Origin: Eledone cirrhosa
Taxonomy: Eukaryota
Direction of reading: 5' to 3'
DNA: 64,000 nucleotides
Assembly (NCBI GenBank): GCA_964016885.1
Contig: OZ024742.1
Coordinates: 372,186,001-372,250,000, forward strand
The translations under genes were made by a program, and so were the position numbers. Of this stretch, positions 18,950-34,100 are shown piece after piece. Position 1 is the stretch's first letter, and each line of letters starts with the position of its first letter. The notes below the pieces were generated by a model. The model had not been told where the DNA came from. It did not search any database and saw only the letters and a program-made list of their open reading frames with translations.

Positions 18950-21900
18950 ATATATAGACTAGAAATACAATAATATATACACTAGAAATACAGTAATATA
19001 TACACTAGAAATACAGTAATATATACACTAGAAATACAATAATATATACACTAGAAAAACAGTAATATATACACTAGGAAGAGAGTAATATAAATATATA
19101 CTAGAAATACAGTAATATATATACACTAGAAATACAGTAATATATATACACGAGAAATACAGTAATATATACACTATAAACACAGTAATATATATACACT
19201 AGAAATACAGTAATATATATACACGAGAAATACAGTAATATATACACTAGAAATCCAGTAATATATATACACTAGATATACAGTAATATATATATATACT
19301 AGAAATACAGTAATATATATACACTAGAAATACAGTAATATATACAGTAGGAATACAGTAATATATATACACTGGGAATACAGTAATATATACACTAGGA
19401 ATACAGTAATATATTTACACTAGAAATACAGTAATATATATACACTAGAAATACAGTAATATATATACACTAGAAATACAGTAATATATATACACTAGAA
19501 ATACAGTAATATATATACACTAGAAATACAGTAATATATATACACTAGAAATCCAGTAATATATATACACTAGAAATACAGTAATATATATATACACTAG
19601 AAATACAGTAATATTTATATACACTAGGAATACAGTAATATATATACACTAGAAATACAGTAATATATATACACTAGGAATACAGTAATATATATACACT
19701 AGAAATACAGTAATATATATACACTAGGAATACAGATATATATATACACTAGGAATACAGTAATATATATACACTAGAAATACAGTAATATATATATACA
19801 CTAGAAATACAGTAATATATATATACTAGGAATACAGTAATATATATACACTAGAAATACAGTAATATATATACACGAGAAATACAGTAATATATACACT
19901 AGAAATACAGTAATATATATACACTAGGAATACAGTAATATATACACTAGAAATACAGTAATATATATACACTAGAGATACAGTAATATATATACACTAG
20001 AAATACAGTAATACATACACTAGAAATACAGTAATATATACACTAGAAATACAGTAATATATACACTAGAAATACAGTAATATATGTACACTTGAAATAC
20101 AGTAATATATATACACTAGAAGTACAGTAATATATATACACTAGAAATACAGTAAAATATATACACTTGGAATACAGTAATATATATACACTAGAAATAC
20201 AGTAATATATATACACTAGGAATACAGTAATATATACACTAGAAATACAGTAATATATATACACTAGAAATACAGTAATATATAGACTAGAAATACAATA
20301 ATATATACACTAGAAATACAGTAATATATACACTAGAAATACAGTAATATATACACTAGAAATACAATAATATATACACTAGAAATACAGTAATATATAC
20401 ACTAGGAAGAGAGTAATATAAATATATACTAGAAATACAGTAATATATATACACTAGAAATACAGTAATATATATACACGAGAAATACAGTAATATATAC
20501 ACTAGAAATAGAGTAATATATATACACTAGAAATACAGTAATATATACACTATAAACACAGTAATATATATACACTAGAAATACAGTAATATATATACAC
20601 GAGAAATACAGTAATATATACACTAGAAATCCAGTAATATATATACACTAGATATACAGTAATATATATATATACTAGAAATACAGTAATATATATACAC
20701 TAGAAATACAGTAATATATACAGTAGGAATACAGTAATATATATACACTGGGAATACAGTAATATATACACTAGGAATACAGTAATATATTTACACTAGA
20801 AATACAGTAATATATATACACTAGAAATACAGTAATATATATACACTAGAAATACAGTAATATATATACACTAGAAATACAGTAATATATATACACTAGA
20901 AATACAGTAATATATATACACTAGAAATACAGTAATATATATACACTAGAAATACAGTAATATATATATACACTAGAAATACAGTAATATATATATACAC
21001 TAGGAATACAGTAATATATATACACTAGAAATACAGTAATATATATACACTAGGAATACAGTAATATATATACACTAGAAATACAGTAATATATATACAC
21101 TAGGAATACAGATATATATATACACTAGGAATACAGTAATATATATACACTAGAAATACAGTAATATATATATACACTAGAAATACAGTAATATATATAT
21201 ACTAGGAATACAGTAATATATATACACTAGAAATACAGTAATATATATACACGAGAAATACAGTAATATATACACTAGAAATACAGTAATATATATACAC
21301 TAGGAATACAGTAATATATATACATGGGAAATACAGTAATATATACACTAGAAATACAGTAATATATATACACTAGAAATACAGTAATATATATACACTA
21401 GAGATACAGTAATATATACACTAGATATACAGTAATATATACACTAGATATACAGTAATATATACACTAGGAATACAGTAATATATATACACTTGAAATA
21501 CAGTAATATATATACACTAGGAATACAGTAATATATATACACTAGGAATACAGTAATATATATACACTAGAAATACAGTAATATATAGACTAGAAATACA
21601 ATAATATATACACTAGAAATACAGTAATATATACACTAGAAATACAGTAATATATACACTAGAAATACAATAATATATACACTAGAAAAACAGTAATATA
21701 TACACTAGGAAGAGAGTAATATAAATATATACTAGAAATACAGTAATATATATACACTAGAAATACAGTAATATATATACACGAGAAATACAGTAATATA
21801 TACACTATAAACACAGTAATATATATACACTAGAAATACAGTAATATATATACACGAGAAATACAGTAATATATACACTAGAAATCCAGTAATATATATA

Positions 21901-24200
21901 CACTAGATATACAGTAATATATATATATACTAGAAATACAGTAATATATATACACTAGAAATACAGTAATATATACAGTAGGAATACAGTAATATATATA
22001 CACTGGGAATACAGTAATATATACACTAGGAATACAGTAATATATTTACACTAGAAATACAGTAATATATATACACTAGAAATACAGTAATATATATACA
22101 CTAGAAATACAGTAATATATATACACTAGAAATACAGTAATATATATACACTAGAAATACAGTAATATATATACACTAGAAATCCAGTAATATATATACA
22201 CTAGAAATACAGTAATATATATATACACTAGAAATACAGTAATATATATATACACTAGGAATACAGTAATATATATACACTAGAAATACAGTAATATATA
22301 TACACTAGGAATACAGTAATATATATACACTAGAAATACAGTAATATATATACACTAGGAATACAGATATATATATACACTAGGAATACAGTAATATATA
22401 TACACTAGAAATACAGTAATATATATATACACTAGAAATACAGTAATATATATATACTAGGAATACAGTAATATATATACACTAGAAATACAGTAATATA
22501 TATACACGAGAAATACAGTAATATATACACTAGAAATACAGTAATATATATACACTAGGAATACAGTAATATATACACTAGAAATACAGTAATATATATA
22601 CACTAGAGATACAGTAATATATATACACTAGAAATACAGTAATATATATACACTAGAAATACAGTAATATATATACACTAGGAATACAGTAATATATATA
22701 CACTAGAAATACAGTAATATATATACACTAGGAATACAGTAATATATACACTAGAAATACAGTAATATATATACACTAGAAATACAGTAATATATAGACT
22801 AGAAATACAATAATACATACACTAGAAATACAGTAATATATACACTAGAAATACAGTAATATATACACTAGAAATACAATAATATATACACTAGAAATAC
22901 AGTAATATATACACTAGGAAGAGAGTAATATAAATATATACTAGAAATACAGTAATATATATACACTAGAAATACAGTAATATATATACACGAGAAATAC
23001 AGTAATATATACACTAGAAATACAGTAATATATATACACTAGAAATACAGTAATATATACACTATAAACACAGTAATATATATACACTAGAAATACAGTA
23101 ATATATATACACGAGAAATACAGTAATATATACACTAGAAATCCAGTAATATATATACACTAGATATACAGTAATATATATATATACTAGAAATACAGTA
23201 ATATATATACACTAGAAATACAGTAATATATACAGTAGGAATACAGTAATATATATACACTGGGAATACAGTAATATATACACTAGGAATACAGTAATAT
23301 ATTTACACTAGAAATACAGTAATATATATACACTAGAAATACAGTAATATATATACACTAGAAATACAGTAATATATATACACTAGAAATACAGTAATAT
23401 ATATACACTAGAAATACAGTAATATATATACACTAGAAATACAGTAATATATATACACTAGAAATACAGTAATATATATATACACTAGAAATACAGTAAT
23501 ATATATATACACTAGGAATACAGTAATATATATACACTAGAAATACAGTAATATATATACACTAGGAATACAGTAATATATATACACTAGAAATACAGTA
23601 ATATATATACACTAGGAATACAGATATATATATACACTAGGAATACAGTAATATATATACACTAGAAATACAGTAATATATATATACACTAGAAATACAG
23701 TAATATATATATACTAGGAATACAGTAATATATATACACTAGAAATACAGTAATATATATACACGAGAAATACAGTAATATATACACTAGAAATACAGTA
23801 ATATATATACACTAGGAATACAGTAATATATATACATGGGAAATACAGTAATATATACACTAGAAATACAGTAATATATATACACTAGAAATACAGTAAT
23901 ATATATACACTAGAGATACAGTAATATATACACTAGATATACAGTAATATATACACTAGATATACAGTAATATATACACTAGGAATACAGTAATATATAT
24001 ACACTTGAAATACAGTAATATATATACACTAGGAATACAGTAATATATATACACTAGGAATACAGTAATATATATACACTAGAAATACAGTAATATATAT
24101 ACACTAGAAATACAGTAATATATATACACTAGAAATACAGTAATATATATACACTAGAAATACAGTAATATATATATACACTAGAAATACAGTAATATAT
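18950..24200 (+). repeat. Higher-order block of about 2.5-2.6 kb in 2 copies, each made of two related 1.2-1.3 kb subunits
   Basis: GGAAGAGAG at about 19077, 20405, 21708 and 22917. CTAGAAAAAC 19051/21682 (2631). ORFs 20429/22941 and CATGGG 21324/23836 (both 2512). Confidence 0.85.
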
Positions 24201-24499
24201 ACACTAGGAATACAGTAATATATATACACTAGAAATACAGTAATATATATACACTAGAAATACAGTAATATATATACACTAGAAATACAGTAATATATAT
24301 ATACACTAGAAATACAGTAATATATACACTAGGAATACAGTAATATATATACACTAGGAATACAGTAATATATATACACTAGAAATGCAGTAATATATAT
24401 ACACTAGGAATACAGTAATATATATACACTAGCAATACAGTAATATATATACACTAGAAATACAGTAATATATATACACTAGGAATACAGTAATATATA

Positions 24500-27400
24500 T
24501 ACACTAGAAATACTGTAAGATATATAAACTAGAAATACAGTAAATATATACACTAGAAATACAGTAATATATATACACTAGCAATACAGTAATATATATA
24601 CACTAGGAATACAGATATATATATACACTAGGAATACAGTAATATATATACACTAGAAATACAGCAATATATATACACGAGAAATACAGTAATATATACA
24701 CTAGAAATACAGTAATCTATATACACTAGGAATACAGTAATATATACACTAGAAATACAGTAATATATATACACTAGAGATACAGTAATATATATACACT
24801 AGAAATACAGTAATATATACACTAGAAATACAGTAATATATACACTAGAAATATAGTAATATATATACACTAGGAATACAGTAATATATATACACTAGAA
24901 ATACAGTAATATATATACACTAGAAATAGAGTAATATATATACCCTAGAAATACAGTAATATATATACACTAGAAGTACAGTAATATATATACCCTAGAA
25001 ATACAGTAATATATAGTCTAGGAATACAGTAATATATACACTAGAAATACAGTAATATATACACTAGAAATATAGTAATATATACTCTAGAAATACAGTA
25101 ATATATATACACTAGAAATACAGTAATATATATACACTAGAAATACAGTAATATATATAAACTAGAAATACAGTAATATATATACACTAGGAATACAGTA
25201 ATATATACACTAGATATACAGTAATATATACACTAGGAATACAGTAATATATATACACTAGAAATACAGTAATATATATAAACTAGAAATACAGTAATAT
25301 ATATACACTAGGAATACAGTAATATATATACACTAGAAATACAGTAAAATATATACACTAGAAATACAGTAATATATATACACTAGAAATACAGTAATAT
25401 ATATACACTAGGAATACAGTAATATATACACTAGAAATACAGTAATATATATACACTAGGAATACAGTAACATATATACACTAGGAATACAGTAATATAT
25501 ATACACTAGGAATACACTAATATATATACACTAGAAATACAGTAATATATATACACTAGAAATACAGTAATATATATACACTAGAAATCCAGTAATATAT
25601 ATACACTAGAAATACAGTAATATATATACACTAGAGATACAGTAATATATACACTAGAAATACAGTAATATATATACACTAGAAATACAGTAATATATAT
25701 ACACTAGGAATACAGTAATATATATACACTAGAAATACAGTAATATATATACTCTAGGAATACAGCAATATATATACACTAGAAATACAGTAAAATATAT
25801 ACACTAGAAATACAATAATATATATACACTAGAAACACAGTAACATATATACAGTAGAAACACAGTAATATATATACACTAGGAATACAGTAATATATAC
25901 ACTAGGAATACAGTAATATATATACTAGAAATACAGTAATATATATACACTAGAAATACAGTAATATATATATACTAGAAATAGAGTAATATATACACTA
26001 GAAATACAGTAATATATATACACTAGAAATACAGTAATATATATACACTACAAATACAGTAATATATATACACTAGGAATACAGTAATATATATACACTA
26101 GAAATACAGTAATATATATACAGTAGAAATACAGTAATATATATACACTAGAAATACAGATATATATATACACTAAGAATACAGTAATATATATACACTA
26201 GAAATACAGTAATATATATACACTAGGAATACAGTAATATATATACACTAGGAATACAGTAATATATATATACTAGGAATACAGATATATATATACACTA
26301 GGAATACAGTAATATATATACACTAGAAATACAGTAATATATATACACTAGAAATACAGTAATATATATACACTAGAAATACAGTAATATATATACACTA
26401 GAAATACAGTAATATATATACACTAGGAATACTGTAATATATACACTAGAAATTCAGTAATATATATACACTAGGAATACAGTAATATATACACTAGAAA
26501 TTCAGTAATATATATACACTAGAAATACAGTAATATATACACTAGATATACAGTAATATATACACTAGGAATACAGTAATATATATACACTAGAAATACA
26601 GTAATATATACACTAGATATACAGTAATATATACACTAGGAATACAGTAATATATATACACTAGAAATACAGTAATATATATACACTAGGAATACAGTAA
26701 TATATATACACTAGGAATACAGATATATATATACACTAGGAATACAGTAATATATATACACTAGGAATACAGATATATATACACTAGGAATACAGTAATA
26801 TATATACACTAGAAATACAGTAATATATATACACCAGGAATACAGTAATATATATACACTAGAGATACAGTAATATATACACTAGGAATACAGTAATATA
26901 TATACACTAGAAATACAGTAATATATATACACTAGAAATACAGTAATATATACACTAGGAATACAGTAATATATATATATATACTAGAAATACAGTAATA
27001 TATATACACTAGAAATACAGTAATATATATACACTAGAAATACAGTAATATATATACACTAGAAATGCAGTAAAATATATATACACTAGGAATACAGTAA
27101 TATATATACACTGGAAATACAGATATATATATACACTAGGAATACAGTAATATATATACACTACAAATACAGGAATATATATAGACTAGGAATACAGTAA
27201 TATATATACACTAGAAATATAGTAATATATACACTAGTAATCCAGTAGTATATACACTAGAAATACAGTAACATATATACACTAGAAATACAGTAATATA
27301 TACACTAAAAATATAGTAATATATACACTAGAAATATAGTAATATATACACTAGAAATACAGTAATATATATACACTAGAAATACAGTAATATATACACT

Positions 27401-30400
27401 AGAAATACAGTAATATATATACACTAGAAATACAGTAATATATACACTAGAAATACAGTAATATATACACTAGAAATATAGTAATATATACACTAGAAAT
27501 ACAGTAATATATATACACTAGAAATACAGTAATATATACACTAGAAATACAGTAATATATATACACTAGAAATACAGTAATATATATACACTAGAAATAC
27601 AGTAATATATACACTAAAAATACAGTAATATATACACTAGAAATATAGTAATATATACACTAGAAATATAGTAATATATACACTAGAAATACAGTAATAT
27701 ATACACTAGAAATATAGTAATATATACACTAGAAATACTGTAAGATATATAAACTAGAAATACAGTAAATATATACACTAGAAATACAGTAATATATATA
27801 AACCAGAAATACAGTAATATATATACACTAGGAATACAGTAATATATATACACTAGAAATACAGCAATATATATACACTAGAAATACAGTAATATATACA
27901 CTAGAAATACAGTAATCTATATACACTAGGAATACAGTAATATATACACTAGAAATACAGTAATATATATACACTAGAGATACAGTAATATATATACACT
28001 AGAAATACAGTAATATATACACTAGAAATACAGTAATATATACACTAGAAATATAGTAATATATACACTAGAAATATAGTAATATATATACACTAGGAAT
28101 ACAGTAATATATATACACTAGAAATACAGTAATATATATACACTAGAAATACAGTAATATATATACCCTAGAAATACAGTAATATATATACACTAGAAGT
28201 ACAGTAATATATATACCCTAGAAATACAGTAATATATAGTCTAGGAATACAGTAATATATACACTAGAAATACAGTAATATATACACTAGAAATATAGTA
28301 ATATATACACTAGAAATACAGTAATATATATACACTAGAAATACAGTAATATATATACACTAGAAATACAGTAATATATATAAACTAGAAATACAGTAAT
28401 ATATATACACTAGGAATACAGTAATATATACACTAGATATACAGTAATATATACACTAGGAATACAGTAATATATATACACTAGAAATACAGTAATATAT
28501 ATAAACTAGAAATACAGTAATATATATACACTAGGAATACAGTAATATATATACACTAGAAATACAGTAAAATATATACACTAGAAATACAGTAATATAT
28601 ATACACTAGAAATACAGTAATATATATACACTAGGAATACAGTAATATATACACTAGAAATACAGTAATATATATACACTAGGAATACAGTAACATATAT
28701 ACACTAGGAATACAGTAATATATATACGCTAGGAATACACTAATATATATACACTAGAAATACAGTAATATATATACACTAGAAATACAGTAATATATAT
28801 ACACTAGAAATCCAGTAATATATATACACTAGAAATACAGTAATATATATACACTAGAGATACAGTAATATATACACTAGAAATACAGTAATATATATAC
28901 ACTAGAAATACAGTAATATATATACACTAGGAATACAGTAATATATATACACTAGAAATACAGTAATATATATACACTAGGAATACAGCAATATATATAC
29001 ACTAGAAATACAGTAAAATATATACACTAGAAATACAATAATATATATACACTAGAAACACAGTAACATATATACAGTAGAAACACAGTAATATATATAC
29101 ACTAGGAATACAGTAATATATACACTAGGAATACAGTAATATATATACTAGAAATACAGTAATATATATACACTAGAAATACAGTAATATATATACACTA
29201 CAAATACAGTAATATATATACACTAGGAATACAGTAATATATATACACTAGAAATACAGTAATATATATACAGTAGAAATACAGTAATATATATACACTA
29301 GAAATACAGATATATATATACACTAAGAATACAGTAATATATATACACTAGAAATACAGTAATATATATACACTAGGAATACAGTAATATATATACACTA
29401 GGAATACAGTAATATATATATACTAGGAATACAGATATATATATACACTAGGAATACAGTAATATATATACACTAGAAATACAGTAATATATATACACTA
29501 GAAATACAGTAATATATATACACTAGAAATACAGTAATATATATACACTAGAAATACAGTAATATATATACACTAGGAATACTGTAATATATACACTAGA
29601 AATTCACTAATATATATACACTAGGAATACAGTAATATATACACTAGAAATTCAGTAATATATATACACTAGAAATACAGTAATATATACACTAGATATA
29701 CAGTAATATATACACTAGGAATACAGTAATATATACACACTAGATATACAGTAATATATACACTAGGAATACAGTAATATATATACACTAGAAATACAGT
29801 AATATATATACACTAGGAATACAGTAATATATATACACTAGGAATACAGATATATATATACACTAGGAATACAGTAATATATATACACTAGGAATACAGA
29901 TATATATACACTAGGAATATAGTAATATATATACACTAGAAATACAGTAATATATATACACCAGAAATACAGTAATATATATACACTAGAGATACAGTAA
30001 TATATACACTAGGAATACAGTAATATATATACACTAGAAATACAGTAATATATATACACTAGAAATACAGTAATATATACACTAGGAATACAGTAATATA
30101 TATATATATACTAGAAATACAGTAATATATATACACTAGAAATACAGTAATATATATACACTAGAAATACAGTAATATATATACACTAGAAATGCAGTAA
30201 AATATATATACACTAGGAATACAGTAATATATATACACTGGAAATACAGATATATATATACACTAGGAATACAGTAATATATATACACTAGAAATACAGG
30301 AATATATATAGACTAGGAATACAGTAATATATATACACTAGAAATATAGTAATATATACACTAGGAATCCAGTAGTATATACACTAGAAATACAGTAACA

Positions 30401-30700
30401 TATATACACTAGAAATACAGTAATATATATACACTAGAAATACAGTAATATATACACTAGAAATACAGTAATATATATACACTAGAAATACAGTAATATA
30501 TACACTAGAAATATAGTAATATATACACTAGAAATACAGTAATATATATACACTAGAAATACAGTAATATATACACTAGAAATACAGTAATATATACACT
30601 AGAAATATAGTAATATATACACTAGAAATATAGTAATATATACACTAGAAATACAGTAATATATACACTAGAAATATAGTAATATATACACTAGAAATAC
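24500..30700 (+). repeat. Higher-order tandem duplication, period about 3.1-3.2 kb (2 diverged copies)
   Basis: TACTGTAAGA 24511/27736 (3225), AGTCTAGG 25015/28238 (3223) and TGCAG 27066/30193 (3127). Confidence 0.88.
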
Positions 30701-30779
30701 AGTAATATATATACACTAGAAATACAGTAATATATACACTAGAAATACAGTAATATATATATACACTAGAAATACAGTC

Positions 30780-33700
30780 ATATATATATACTAGAAATAC
30801 AGTAATATATATACACTAGAAATACAGTAATATATATACACTAGAAATACAGTAATATATATACACTAGAAATACAGTAATATATATACACTAGAAATAC
30901 AGTAATATATATACACTAGAAATACAGTAATATATATACACTAGGAATACAGTAATATATATACACTAGAAATACAGTAATATATATACACTAGAAATAC
31001 AGTAATATATACACTAGAAATACAGTAATAAATATACACTAGGAATACAGTAATATATATACACTAGAAATACAGTAATATATATACACTAGGAATACAG
31101 TAATATATATACACTAGAAATACAGTAATATATATAAACTAGAAATACAGTAATATATATACACTAGGAATACAGTAATATATATACACTAGAAATACAG
31201 TAATATATACGCACTAGAAATACAGTAATATATATACACTAGAAATACAGTAATATATATATACACTAGAAATACAGTAATATATATATATACACTAGAA
31301 ATACAGTAATATATATACACTAGAAATACAGTAATATATATACACTAGGAATACAGTAATATATATACACTAGAAATACAGTAATATATATACACTAGAA
31401 ATACAGTAATATATATACACTAGAAATACAGTAATATATACACTAGAAATACAGTAATATATATACACTAGGAATACAGTAATATATACACTAGAAATAC
31501 AGTAATATATATACACTAGGAATACAGTAACATATATACACTAGGAATACAGTAATATATATAGACTAGGAATACAGTAATATATATACACTAGAAATAC
31601 AGTAATGTATATACACTAGGAATACAGTAATATATATACACTAGAAATACAGTAATATATACACTAGGAATACAGTAATATATATACACTAGGAATACAG
31701 TAATATATATACACTAGGAATACAGTAATATATATACACTAGAAATACAGTAATGTATATACACTAGGAATACAGTAATATATATACACTAGGAATACAG
31801 TAATATATATACACTAGAAATACAGTAATATATATACACTAGGAATACAGTAATATATACACTAGGAATACAGTAATATATATACACTAGGAATACAGTA
31901 ATATATATACACTAGATATACAGTAATATATATACACTAGAAATACAGTAATATATACACTAGGAATACAGTAATATATATACACTAGAAATACAGTAAT
32001 ATATATACACTAGAAATACAGTAATATATACACTAGGAATACAGTAATATATATATATATATACTAGAAATACAGTAATATATATACACTAGAAATACAG
32101 TAATATATATACACTAGAAATACAGTAATATATATACACTAGAAATGCAGTAAAATATATATACACTAGGAATACAGTAATATATATACACTGGAAATAC
32201 AGATATATATATACACTAGGAATACAGTAATATATATACACTAGAAATACAGGAATATATATAGACTAGGAATACAGTGATATATATACACTAGAAATAT
32301 AGTAATATATACACTAGGAATCCAGTAGTATATACACTAGAAATACAGTAACATATATACACTAGAAATACAGTAATATATACACTAGAAATATAGTAAT
32401 ATATACACTAGGAATACAGTAGTATATACACTAGAAATATAGTAATATATACACTAGAAATACAGTAATATATATACACTAGAAATACAGTAATATATAC
32501 ACTAGAAATACAGTAATATATATATACACTAGAAATACAGTCATATATATATACTAGAAATACAGTAATATATATATACACTAGAAATACAGTAATATAT
32601 ACACACTAGAAATACAGTAATATATATACACTAGGAATACAGTAGTATATATACACTAGAAATACAGTAATATATACACTAGAAATACAGTAATATATAT
32701 ACACTAGGAATACAGTAATATATATACACTAGAAATACAGTAATATATATAAACTAGAAATACAGTAATATATATACACTAGGAATACAGTAATATATAT
32801 ACACTAGAAATACAGTAATATATATACACTAGAAATACAGTAATATATATACACTAGAAATACAGTAATATATATATACACTAGAAATACAGTAATATAT
32901 ATATACACTAGAAATACAGTAATATATATACACTAGAAATACAGTAATATATATACACTAGGAATACAGTAATATATATACACTAGAAATACAGTAATAT
33001 ATATACACTAGAAATACAGTAATATATATACACTAGAAATACAGTAATATATATATACACTAGAAATACAGTAATATATATATACACTAGAAATACAGTA
33101 ATATATATACACTAGAAATACAGTAATATATATACACTAGGAATACAGTAATATATATACACTAGAAATACAGTAATATATATACACTAGAAATACAGTA
33201 ATATATATACACTAGAAATACAGTAATATATATATACACTAGAAATACAGTAATATATATATACACTAGAAATACAGTAATATATATACACTAGAAATAC
33301 AGTAATATATATACACTAGGAATACAGTAATATATATACACTAGAAATACAGTAATATATATACACTAGAAATACAGTAATATATATACACTAGAAATAC
33401 AGTAATATATATATACACTAGAAATACAGTAATATATATATACACTAGAAATACAGTAATATATATACACTAGAAATACAGTAATATATATACACTAGGA
33501 ATACAGTAATATATATACACTAGAAATACAGTAATATATATACACTAGAAATACAGTAATATATATACACTAGGAATACAGTAATATATACACTAGAAAT
33601 ACAGTAATATATATACACTAGGAATACAGTAACATATATACACTAGGAATACAGTAATATATATACACTAGGAATACAGTAATATATATACACTAGAAAT

Positions 33701-34100
33701 ACAGTAATGTATATACACTAGGAATACAGTAATATATATACACTAGAAATACAGTAATATATACACTAGGAATACAGTAATATATATACACTAGGAATAC
33801 AGTAATATATATACACTAGGAATACAGTAATATATATACACTAGAAATACAGTAATGTATATACACTAGGAATACAGTAATATATATACACTAGGAATAC
33901 AATAATATATATACACTAGAAATACAGTAATATATATACACTAGGAATACAGTAATATATACACTAGGAATACAGAAACATATATACACTAGGAATACAG
34001 TAATATATATACACTAGATATACAGTAATATATATACACTAGAAATACAGTAATATATACACTAGGAATACAGTAATATATATACACTAGAAATACAGTA
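30780..34100 (+). repeat. Long-range copy of the approximately 13700-16450 region, offset about 17.1 kb
   Basis: Rare variants shared in the same order: AATAAATATA (about 13951/31027), TACGCAC (about 14132/31208), the ATGCAG-CTGGAA-CAGGAAT-ATCCAGTAGT cassette, CAGTCAT and CAGAAACAT (about 16333/33973). Confidence 0.8.
32854..33569 (+). repeat. 7-monomer, 179-bp higher-order repeat in 4 perfect copies
   Basis: The unit A27-A27-A25-A25-G25-A25-A25 (letter = base after CTAG, number = monomer length) starts at CTAG 32854, 33033, 33212 and 33391. Confidence 0.92.
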
